Source of the DNA: an uncultured Candidatus Saccharibacteria bacterium
Lineage (GTDB): Bacteria > Patescibacteriota > Minisyncoccia > Ryanbacterales > 2-02-FULL-48-12
Reading direction: 5' to 3'
Assembly (NCBI GenBank): GCA_964479945.1
Contig: CAYZNS010000004.1
Location: forward strand, 13,715 to 77,714
DNA: 64,000 nucleotides
A program made the position numbers and the translations under genes. The notes beneath the pieces were generated by a model. It saw only the letters and a list, made by a program, of their open reading frames with translations, did not search any database and was not told where the DNA came from. Shown piece by piece: positions 29,227-37,188 of the stretch; within the stretch, counting starts at the first letter, position 1, and each line of letters starts with the position of its first letter.

Positions 29227-29679
29227 TTAAAACGGTATTTCTTCCGGATTAACGTCGTCTTCGGGGTATTCCACGGTTGCAACATCTTCTTGTGGCGCTT
29301 TCCTTGCCGACGCCGCACCTGTGGTACCCCCGAGAGATGATCCGGTTGCGCGCGGGCCAAACTGGAAATTCTCCACAATTATCTCCGTGCGCGACTTTTT
29401 CTGCCCGTCCTGCCCGTCCCATGATCGCGTCTGCAGGCGGCCTTCTACATAGAGCGACCCGCCTTTTTTCATGTATTGGTGGATTAACTCTGCCGGTTTT
29501 CCGAATGCAACAAGATTATGAAATTCAGCCTGCTGCTGCTTCTGGCCGCTTTGATCCGTCCAGGTACGGTTTGTTGCCAAGCCAAAATTCACAACCGGTT
29601 TGCCGGAAGGAAGCGTTTTTAATTCCGGATCCCGCGTGAGATTTCCAATAAGAAGCGCTTTGTTTAGATTCATATTCAC
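29227..29679 (-). CDS. ssb: single-stranded DNA-binding protein
   Basis: OB fold, Gly/Gln-rich linker and acidic EEIPF C-terminal tip. Confidence 0.9.
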   Translation of the reverse strand: MNMNLNKALLIGNLTRDPELKTLPSGKPVVNFGLATNRTWTDQSGQKQQQAEFHNLVAFGKPAELIHQYMKKGGSLYVEGRLQTRSWDGQDGQKKSRTEIIVENFQFGPRATGSSLGGTTGAASARKAPQEDVATVEYPEDDVNPEEIPF

Positions 29680-29767
29680 GTATAACGTGTAACATGTAAC
29701 GTATAACGCAAGAAAAATATATGTATTGTTTCTTCACGTTCTACGTTCTACGCTTCACGTTTTATGA

Positions 29768-30217
29768 TTAATTTCCTAATATTTCATCCAACTTTTTATC
29801 CAACTCTTTTTCATCAACTTTTTCCGCTTGCTTTTCGGGCGTGTCCGCCGGAGGCACGCTGCCTGCAGCTGTTTTTAGTCCCGGCGCGCGTCCGCGCCGT
29901 ACTATCGGCTGGGCAGTTGTGCGCTCCCACGACAGCACTAAATGCCTTACAATGGTATCGTGCGTTTTTACTTCCCGTTCAATGCCGCCAATTGCGGGGG
30001 GTGCGATGGAAAATTGCAGCGCGGCGAAATAGGCCTGCTCTATTTTACGAATGGGATAAGAAAGCTTGCGGATTTTCGGATCCGTGGTTCTCTCGAGCAT
30101 ACCGTTGTATTTTTCAATAATGGACCGAACATTGCCAAGTTCCGCCGCAGCTTCCTCTTCCGATAGCTCCGATTTTATAAGCAGGCCTATTTCATATAAC
30201 TGCGGCTCTTGTGCCAT
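29768..30217 (-). CDS. rpsF: 30S ribosomal protein S6 with acidic/Lys-rich C-terminal extension
   Basis: YEIGLLIKSELSEEE… S6 fold; rpsF-ssb-rpsR order. Confidence 0.75.
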   Translation of the reverse strand: MAQEPQLYEIGLLIKSELSEEEAAAELGNVRSIIEKYNGMLERTTDPKIRKLSYPIRKIEQAYFAALQFSIAPPAIGGIEREVKTHDTIVRHLVLSWERTTAQPIVRRGRAPGLKTAAGSVPPADTPEKQAEKVDEKELDKKLDEILGN

Positions 30218-30223
30218 AAGGGC

Positions 30224-30252
30224 ATTGTACTATAAGGGATCTCTTATAGCAA
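30224..30252 (-). promoter_or_regulatory. candidate rpsF promoter (TTGCTA-17-TACAAT) with embedded 20-bp perfect palindrome
   Basis: minus-strand hexamers; CTATAAGGGATCTCTTATAG fills the spacer; -10 lies ~7 nt from the ATG. Confidence 0.4.
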
Positions 30253-30338
30253 GCAGGTATTTGCCTCGCAGGGCTTGACAAATATTTTATAACATGCTAT
30301 TCTGTCGGCAGAATTAAGAACAAGTGTCTCACCAAAGG

Positions 30339-30482
30339 GGTAAGAGTTCACAAACTCGAGTAAGCGCCAGGATTGTGACTAGCCGAGCTTTACACACACG
30401 CCAAGGCGGTGTGGATAGCTCGGCTTGGCACATCCGGAAATGGAGAAAAGCAATTATTGCTCGAGTTTGTGAGCTGTTACCC
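30339..30482. repeat. long palindromic element, copy B (GCCAGGATTGTGACTAGCCGAGCTT … AGCTCGGCTTGGCACATCC)
   Basis: outer inverted repeat GGTAAGAGTTCACAAACTCGAG/CTCGAGTTTGTGAGCTGTTACC; inner hairpin CACACACGCC…GGCGGTGTGG. Confidence 0.75.
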
Positions 30483-30491
30483 AAAGAGAAC

Positions 30492-30520
30492 TTGACAAGA
30501 ATAGTATAACATGCTATAAT
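30492..30520 (+). promoter_or_regulatory. consensus promoter TTGACA-17-TATAAT
   Basis: perfect hexamers with 17-nt spacer; ~300-nt leader to the next ORF. Confidence 0.55.
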
Positions 30521-30824
30521 ATATCCATAAAAAGAGGATGTACTTCCTAACCGCTTTTCTTTTGTGGAAAGAATGATGGAGGAGAGAGGGCAAATAGGAT
30601 CGGCACTAAATATACATAAGAGGCCGTTACTCCTTACAATCGCCTTCATCGTTCTCTCTATGAAATGAGAGGAGAGATTGGAATAGTTCTTTGTTGAAAT
30701 AACATAAGCGTTCAAACGTGGAACGTAAAGCGTAAAGCGTTAAAACGAATAGCCGGAGAAGTTCTTTGAATTAAATAGTGCTGTTGCTCATATAGATTTC
30801 TGGCCGCTTTTGAGGAGATAGAAA

Positions 30825-31256
30825 ATGTCTTTTCAAACGCGGCTGGAAACTATATTAACCAGCCCGTCAGCTTACCGAGCTACAGAAGCTGAAACGCCAG
30901 AGGAGGCACCAATGGCACGAATAGATTGCACGAAGACAAATTGCGAAACTTTTCGGCAGTTGATTGAAAAACTCAATACCGAAGGGTTCGATATAGATCA
31001 CTTTCATGCGGTTGACCTTATTGAGGTCGATGCTGACTATAGTGGAGGAGAAAAGGTGGTCTATGTCCTCGAGGGCGATATCTTGAAAAAAGGGATAGAG
31101 ATGGTCGTTCATCTCAATTTCGTCTTCGATAAAAACGGCGTCGTAGAAGATGCCGCATGGTCTTCGGGAAATGAGTTGGACGAGAGGATTCACCCTCTCG
31201 ATCAAGATCCGAGAGGCTGGTTCAAGCTTGTTGCCGACGAGTGGCACGAACGATAG
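30825..31256 (+). CDS. hypothetical acidic protein (143 aa)
   Basis: SD GAGGAG; no recognisable family; C3-rich codon usage unlike core genes. Confidence 0.45.
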   Translation: MSFQTRLETILTSPSAYRATEAETPEEAPMARIDCTKTNCETFRQLIEKLNTEGFDIDHFHAVDLIEVDADYSGGEKVVYVLEGDILKKGIEMVVHLNFVFDKNGVVEDAAWSSGNELDERIHPLDQDPRGWFKLVADEWHER

Positions 31257-31266
31257 GAGGGGTGTC

Positions 31267-31623
31267 ATGAAAGAGTTAGATAAGTTTTTTTCGGGTCTCC
31301 AGTCTTGGTACCGGACCCCCATTCGCACCATCTGCCCGTCGTCCCCCTGCCTGTATAAGGGTTGTATTCTCGAGGTTTTGCTCTCAGACCTCGAGATGGA
31401 TTGCCCTGACACAGGGCATCAGGGCTTCCTCTGCTCGGCAGAGGATGGGACGATGGTAGTCTTCGACGAAGCAGGCGGATTGGCTCGGGTCGCCGTTTTC
31501 TGTGGAAATGTGGAAACGGCGAAAAGTCTTTGCCCGGAGGAGCTCCAATGGAGCTTCTACTGGGCAGAAATGAGGGGAGGTGAAATTCACCTCCTGCCGA
31601 GCAAGAACCCCTTCCTGGAGTAA
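31267..31623 (+). CDS. hypothetical Cys-containing protein (118 aa)
   Basis: SD AGGAGGGG 7 nt upstream of ATG; immediately follows the preceding ORF. Confidence 0.45.
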   Translation: MKELDKFFSGLQSWYRTPIRTICPSSPCLYKGCILEVLLSDLEMDCPDTGHQGFLCSAEDGTMVVFDEAGGLARVAVFCGNVETAKSLCPEELQWSFYWAEMRGGEIHLLPSKNPFLE

Positions 31624-31907
31624 CCCCCGTTACAGAAACTCCTCAAAAAATTAATCCGGCCATGCACTGGCTGGCGGCAAGGAAAAGCACTTTTCCTGCG
31701 GGCATTGGTAGGTTCCGAAGCATTTCGGAAGTCCGTTCTCAACGACATCGAGAGAACAAAAACCTACTCTTCTACAAAGCTTTCAAAATGTTTTGAAGGC
31801 TTTGAGAGGAAAGTTCTTCAAAATTACATTATCTCCACTTGTTGGGATGTGTAAGGCGATAGTAGTCGCTTTATATATCTCAATAAGAAAGGAGGTGATA
31901 CTCTACC

Positions 31908-32123
31908 ATGGGCCGGTGGGTCCGATATTTTATCGGCACCCCCGAGCGGTTCATGAGGACGGTGGTTGTCTTCGGACTGATCATTGTCATCCTGAACCCG
32001 GGCTTGCTCGCGTCAGCTGCGAACCAGCTGATTGCCGAGTTAAGCCCGCTCCTCGGGCCCGCGTTGACGATCTTGATCGTCCTCGCGGGAATCCGGATGA
32101 TCCTTGGGGGTCGCCGGAAGTAA
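31908..32123 (+). CDS. hypothetical small membrane protein (71 aa, 2 TM)
   Basis: SD AAGGAGGTGA; hydrophobic; followed by GTCCAC-ttcg-GGTGGAC hairpin. Confidence 0.5.
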   Translation: MGRWVRYFIGTPERFMRTVVVFGLIIVILNPGLLASAANQLIAELSPLLGPALTILIVLAGIRMILGGRRK

Positions 32124-32328
32124 CCGTTGGACTCGGGGACGGCCTGTCCACTTCGGGTGGACGGAGGCGCGCGGATATGCGTCTTGGCAACGGAAGAGGG
32201 TTTCTGGAATTGGCCAGAACACTTCAAAAATATCAGAGGGCGACAGAGGTCCCTCCGCACAAAAACCTCTCCACAACCGAGTTTTCAAAAAAAGTTTGAA
32301 GACTCAAAGTGGAAGTTCTTTGAAACAA

Positions 32329-32449
32329 CCCAGCACTAAATTTTTGGTTTAAATAGTGTGTGACTAACCGAGCTCTATCCCGGTGCAACCGCGGATGGAC
32401 AGCTCGGTTTGGCACTATACAAATATCGAACCAAAAATTTAGTGCTGGG
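32329..32449. repeat. long palindromic element, copy C
   Basis: outer inverted repeat CCCAGCACTAAATTTTTGGTT/AACCAAAAATTTAGTGCTGGG; core GTGACTAACCGAGCTC…AGCTCGGTTTGGCAC. Confidence 0.75.
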
Positions 32450-32536
32450 CAAAAAATCAGTGATTATGTTTGCGCGGTTCATAAAAGAGCGCAATGGCTA
32501 GCATGCCAAGCATGAATAAAAAAATAATTGCTTCAA
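32438..32536 (-). CDS. possible tiny hydrophobic peptide (32 aa)
   Basis: MPVSLFEAIIFLFMLGMLAIALFYEPRKHNH; speculative, no SD. Confidence 0.2.
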
Positions 32537-32557
32537 AAAGTGACACGGGCATAGTTT

Positions 32558-32650
32558 ATTCTTTATGACGCATGGCCCATATAAAAATAATGGTTCCCAT
32601 AGCTCCGATGGCAAGATATGCAAGCATGAGTTTTTGGTTTATGTCCATGG
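32558..32650 (-). CDS. possible tiny hydrophobic peptide (30 aa)
   Basis: MDINQKLMLAYLAIGAMGTIIFIWAMRHKE; tandem with the previous one; speculative. Confidence 0.2.
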
Positions 32651-32769
32651 AATGTTTAAAATTTAACCAGCAGCGGAGATTCGGAAAAACCTCTCCCGCG
32701 AGGAGTATGTGCGGGGTCAGCTGGAGGAGTGGGAGAGAAGAAAAAAGAATTTAAACTGAGGAGGAAAAT

Positions 32770-33027
32770 ATGCCGTTTGAGTTTCCCTACTGCCAGACCC
32801 CAGACGGGGATGATTATGTCTGCCATTGCGGGGTGGCGCTGGTGAAAATCGGCGAGGATGACATGGAGTGGGAAGAAGATGATGATACCCCTCGATCGCA
32901 CATCCGATTCTTCGAGTGCACCGCATGCAAAGAATATTGCGCGGACTGCACAGGAGAATGGGTGCAAGAGGGGATATCAGGACTCGTCCCACTTAACCCG
33001 GCAGACGACAACATCCACGCCAGCTAG
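32770..33027 (+). CDS. hypothetical acidic Cys-rich small protein (Zn-ribbon-like)
   Basis: SD GAGGAGG; CHCG…CTACKEYCADC. Confidence 0.45.
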   Translation: MPFEFPYCQTPDGDDYVCHCGVALVKIGEDDMEWEEDDDTPRSHIRFFECTACKEYCADCTGEWVQEGISGLVPLNPADDNIHAS

Positions 33028-33267
33028 AGGCGGCCTGTCTAGCGCCCTTGCCATGTAAAATAAATCACGCCCCGCAACGGGATGCGTGATGTGCTCCGAC
33101 ATGGCGGAGACGGATCTCTCCACAAAGAGAGGCATCCGTGAGTGGGGACCCTGCCGAAGCAATAAGGCACGGGCGGGACCACAGCGCATGTATGGGAGGG
33201 TTACACACAAAACTCTCCCTACCTTTCTTGAGTACATGTTCTATAATGAAGATGTACTCAAATCAGG

Positions 33268-33573
33268 TTCACCCACACACCTTTTAGGAACATAGCAATG
33301 CATTATTTTTACATCCTTAAAAGTCAGATTGATAAGAAACTATACCGAGGATTTACCGGTAATCTTCGCAGACGATTTGACGAACATCAAAATGGCCGTG
33401 CTCTTTCAACGAAAAATCGTAGACCTTTTAGTTTGGTATATTATGAAGCATATAGATCAAAAACAGATGCGACCCGTCGTGAACAGCAGATGAAATTGAA
33501 TGCGAAGGCTTGGAGTCAGCTTAAGCGGCGTATTGCAACGAGTATAGAAGATACCTAAAAGGTGTGTGGGTAA
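33268..33573. repeat. 17-bp inverted repeats bracketing the GIY-YIG gene
   Basis: TTCACCCACACACCTTTTA (33268-86) vs TAAAAGGTGTGTGGGTAA (33556-73, overlapping the stop codon). Confidence 0.6.
33298..33558 (+). CDS. GIY-YIG nuclease-family small protein
   Basis: YFYILKS…KLYRGFTGNLRRRFDEHQNG…FSLVYYE…RRE matches the GIY-YIG core. Confidence 0.8.
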   Translation: MHYFYILKSQIDKKLYRGFTGNLRRRFDEHQNGRALSTKNRRPFSLVYYEAYRSKTDATRREQQMKLNAKAWSQLKRRIATSIEDT

Positions 33574-33759
33574 ACCGCCACAAGGCTGTTGAGTCAGTAC
33601 AACGGAATCGGGTTAAAGCGACGTTGTGAGATTTTTTAAAGATCTCTCTCCTCTAAACAATGTTTCTTGACCCGTATAATTTCTGTTTGCTGGCTCACAG
33701 CCTTGTGGCGGTACATAAAAAACCGCCTCGGATAATCGAGGGGGCACGTATCTCCATAC

Positions 33760-34785
33760 CTATATCTTAAACTCAATTACGTCGCCGTCTTGCACGATAT
33801 AGTCTTTTCCTTTCGTTTGCAGCATGCCAAGTTCACGGGCTTTTGCGTATGAGCCTGCTTTCACAAGATTTTCATAACTTACAACTTCCGCACGGATAAA
33901 TTTTTCTTCAAAATCGGAGTGGATAGCGTGGCCCGCTTGCGGAGCGGACGATCCTTTGGGAATTGCCCACGCGCGCGTTTCTTTCTCGCCCGTGGTAAGG
34001 AATGTGATAAGTCCGACTACCTCATACGCTTTCGTAATAAGCTCGCCCAAGCGGGATTCGTTTTGCAACTCTCTGGCGTCATCGCCGAGCTCCACGATCT
34101 CTGCTTCAAGTTTGATATTAAGTTGAATGGTGTGCAATGCTCGGCTTTGCACATTTTGGTTTGCAACATTCAAAATGTATATGAATGGTTTGGCGGTCAG
34201 CAGATGCATTTCACGAAGAACTTCCTCCGCTTGCGTCTCCGGCGGGGTGTATGCGGATGCGAGCTTGCCTTCTTGAAGCAGCTGTTTGATTGCGCGGGCA
34301 GCTTCCATGCGTTTTCTCTCGTTGCCGCCTCCCGTTTTCGCTTCTTTCTCAAGCCGGGCTGCTGTTTTTTCTGCAGTTGCGAGATCAGCCAGCGCAAGTT
34401 CCGTGTGAATGGTATCTATGTCATCTTCCGGGTCAATGCGCCCGGCGACGTGGTGTATATCAGGGTTTTCAAATGCGCGTACTACTTCCACTATTGCATC
34501 AACTTCGCGTATGTGCGAGAGGAATTGATTGCCAAGCCCTTCGCCTTCGTGAGCGCCTTTGACGAGTCCCGCGATGTCCACGAATTCTATTGCCGCGGGA
34601 ATAATTTTTTGCGAATGTGAAAGAACGGCAAGCTTTTGCAATCGTTCGTCCGGTACCGTAACAACGCCCACATTCGGATCAATGGTGGCAAAGGGATAAT
34701 TAGAGGTATCCACTTGTTTTTTTGTGAGTGCCTGGAACAGCGTGGATTTACCTACGTTGGGAAGGCCGACGATACCGATTTTCAT
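33760..34785 (-). CDS. ychF: ribosome-binding ATPase YchF
   Basis: GLPNVGKST, NxxD, C-terminal TGS domain. Confidence 0.9.
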   Translation of the reverse strand: MKIGIVGLPNVGKSTLFQALTKKQVDTSNYPFATIDPNVGVVTVPDERLQKLAVLSHSQKIIPAAIEFVDIAGLVKGAHEGEGLGNQFLSHIREVDAIVEVVRAFENPDIHHVAGRIDPEDDIDTIHTELALADLATAEKTAARLEKEAKTGGGNERKRMEAARAIKQLLQEGKLASAYTPPETQAEEVLREMHLLTAKPFIYILNVANQNVQSRALHTIQLNIKLEAEIVELGDDARELQNESRLGELITKAYEVVGLITFLTTGEKETRAWAIPKGSSAPQAGHAIHSDFEEKFIRAEVVSYENLVKAGSYAKARELGMLQTKGKDYIVQDGDVIEFKI

Positions 34786-34808
34786 AGATTGATGATAGTA
34801 TAAAGCTC

Positions 34809-36203
34809 ATGGAAATCAACCCTTCAATATTCAAAACCTACGATATCCGTGGCACGGTGCCGGATCAATTAACGCCGGAAGCAGCTTACCGCATCGGGCG
34901 GGCATTCGGGCAGTATATTTGGATAACGGTTCTCAATAAGGAACGGGATCCGGTAATTGTTGTGAATGCGGATGCGCGCGCATCCTCACCGGAACTCAAA
35001 GCAGAACTCCTGCGCGGTTTATTGGATGAACAGTGCCATGTTATTGACTGTAGCCTCAGTACAACGCCAATGCATTATTTTGCCATAAACCATCTCAAAG
35101 CGGACGGCGGCGTTATGGTAACCGCGTCTCATAATCCCGCGCAATACAACGGCTTTAAACTTTCGCGGCGTGGCGCGGAACCGATAGGCGAGGGATCCGG
35201 CATGGAGGAGATCCGCAATACCGTGCTCCGGGGCATTTTTCTGGTACCGGCGCGACAGGGATCGGTGCGGGGGGAGGAGAGCGTGATAGAAGCGTACATG
35301 GAATATATCTGCTCGCTTGTTGACATGGCCGCGTTTAAAAAAATGAATGTGGTGTTTGATGTAGGAAATGGCATGGTGGGGCTTGTGCTGCCAAAACTGC
35401 TGGAACGCCTGCCGATTGTCGCCGATGTTTTGTATGGAGATATTGACATGACGTTTCCGAATCATGAAGCAAACCCACTCAAGGACGAGACGCTTATTGC
35501 ATTAAAAAACGCCGTTGCAGAGAAACAAGCCGATTTGGGCGTTGCGTTTGACGGCGACGGCGATCGCGTACGGTTCATAACACCGAAAGGGTTTGCAATA
35601 CCTGGTGATATTATGGCGGCATTGTTCGCGCAGAATATTCTCCAAAATTCCAGAAGTGGTACATCCGGCGATTCTCCTTTGTCAGTTGTGGTTTACACTG
35701 TTAATTCATCGCGTATCGTCAGAGAGGTGATCGAACAAGCCGGAGGAGACGCGATAGAATCGCGGGTGGGGCACGCGCTTATCAAAAAAGTGATGCGCGC
35801 ACGGGATGCGCTTTTCGGCGGGGAAGTGAGTGGACACTTTTACTGGCGGGATTATTATTATGCGGAATCTGCGCTTTTGGCAACGCTTCGTATGCTTGCC
35901 ATCCTTTCCGCGAGCGGGAAGACGCTGGATGAACTTGTGCGGCCATTGCTCCGCTATGCTTCTTCCGGTGAAATAAACATTACGGTTCCCGACAAAGACA
36001 AGGCGCTGGATGCGGTTGCTGCGCACTATCAAGATGCAAAAGAAATAAAATATGTGGACGGCATTTCCGTCGCGTACGAGGATTTTTGGTTCAATGTCCG
36101 CCCCTCAAACACGGAGTCGCTCTTGCGCATAACCATGGAAGCCAAAGAAAAAAGCGTGCTTGATGCACGTTTAGACGAGCTTCTACAGCTTGTGAGGCAG
36201 TAG
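34809..36203 (+). CDS. phosphomannomutase/phosphoglucomutase
   Basis: active-site TASHNP, four-domain PGM/PMM fold. Confidence 0.85.
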   Translation: MEINPSIFKTYDIRGTVPDQLTPEAAYRIGRAFGQYIWITVLNKERDPVIVVNADARASSPELKAELLRGLLDEQCHVIDCSLSTTPMHYFAINHLKADGGVMVTASHNPAQYNGFKLSRRGAEPIGEGSGMEEIRNTVLRGIFLVPARQGSVRGEESVIEAYMEYICSLVDMAAFKKMNVVFDVGNGMVGLVLPKLLERLPIVADVLYGDIDMTFPNHEANPLKDETLIALKNAVAEKQADLGVAFDGDGDRVRFITPKGFAIPGDIMAALFAQNILQNSRSGTSGDSPLSVVVYTVNSSRIVREVIEQAGGDAIESRVGHALIKKVMRARDALFGGEVSGHFYWRDYYYAESALLATLRMLAILSASGKTLDELVRPLLRYASSGEINITVPDKDKALDAVAAHYQDAKEIKYVDGISVAYEDFWFNVRPSNTESLLRITMEAKEKSVLDARLDELLQLVRQ

Positions 36204-37187
36204 TAGTTGTAATGCTTCCTCTTTTGTTTTTACCCAATGAATCCGTTTGTCGCGCTTAAACCATGTTATTTGGCGCTTTGCGTAGCGCCAGGTTTCTATT
36301 TCAATCTTATTACATAGGTACTTGGCGGCCATACGTCCAAGCATACTTGGACGTCCGGTTTCCAAGTAATCAAGCGCAAGGCGGTACTCAAACCCGAGTT
36401 CTCGGATACGCCTCTTTGGAATATGCAAGGCAAGAAGCCGTTTTGTTTCTTTCAAAATTGCCGGTACCAGTTTTTTCGTGCGTTTTTCAATGGCGCGCCG
36501 CAGTTCGGCGGGATCTTTTTTTATGCCAATCATCAAAACGCGATTATCATTATGATATACGATCGTGTTTTGAAATAATACTTTGGAATTAGACGGGACC
36601 GGTTTTCCGGATGCCTTTATAATTTCCAGGGCGCGCATAAGCCGCCGTGGATTTTTTGCATCAATTTGTTTTGCGCGCCGGGGGTCCCGTTTTTTGAGCA
36701 TGGCGAATAATTCTTCTTTAGATTTCTTTGCAAGTTCCTTGCGGAGTTTTATATTTGGCGGCATTTCCGGCAGTACTAAATTGTCAACAACTGCCTGAAT
36801 ATAAAACCCCGTCCCGCCGACGAGTATTGGCACATTGCCGCGCGCGGTTATTTCCGTAATTGCCTTGTCCGCGCATTTTTTATATTCCGCAACTGTGAAT
36901 GTTTTGCGCGGGTGCACAAAGTCTATGCAGTGGTGAGGGATGTTTTTGTATATAAAACAATATGTTAGTTTAGCCGCTATAGCTGCTAAACTAACATTAC
37001 TCCATGTGCCGGGGACTTTGTTGGTGCCTATATCTAAATATTTATATACCTGCCGGGAGTCGGCGGAGATTATCTCGGCGCCGCGGTACCCGCCCAGTTT
37101 ATGTCTTTTTATCTCGCGCGCAAGAAAAATGGCAAGATCAGACTTGCCGGACGCGGTGGGGCCGACTATTGCAATGAGTTTTTGCAT
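36183..37187 (-). CDS. miaA: tRNA dimethylallyltransferase with ~24-aa in-frame insertion
   Basis: GPTASGKS P-loop, DSRQVYK; insertion encoded by a 34-nt quasi-palindrome at 36963-36996. Confidence 0.85.
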   Translation of the reverse strand: MQKLIAIVGPTASGKSDLAIFLAREIKRHKLGGYRGAEIISADSRQVYKYLDIGTNKVPGTWSNVSLAAIAAKLTYCFIYKNIPHHCIDFVHPRKTFTVAEYKKCADKAITEITARGNVPILVGGTGFYIQAVVDNLVLPEMPPNIKLRKELAKKSKEELFAMLKKRDPRRAKQIDAKNPRRLMRALEIIKASGKPVPSNSKVLFQNTIVYHNDNRVLMIGIKKDPAELRRAIEKRTKKLVPAILKETKRLLALHIPKRRIRELGFEYRLALDYLETGRPSMLGRMAAKYLCNKIEIETWRYAKRQITWFKRDKRIHWVKTKEEALQLLLPHKL

Positions 37188-37188
37188 A

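Noticed and set aside
30329-30715. 128-aa minus-strand ORF
   Set aside because: It lies entirely over palindromic element B and the TTGACA-17-TATAAT promoter. It has no SD and low-complexity translation. It is likely a palindrome-generated open frame.
31793-32299. 168-aa plus-strand ORF overlapping the 71-aa membrane-protein gene
   Set aside because: It is in a different frame from the well-supported SD-preceded ORF 31908-32123. Its GC-rich translation (Arg/Pro/Gly) is typical of an off-frame read.
33668-33685. TTGACC…TATAAT promoter-like boxes downstream of the GIY-YIG gene
   Set aside because: Only 2 nt separate the hexamers, which is incompatible with a sigma70 spacer.
33919-34620. 233-aa plus-strand ORF
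   Set aside because: Antisense to ychF.
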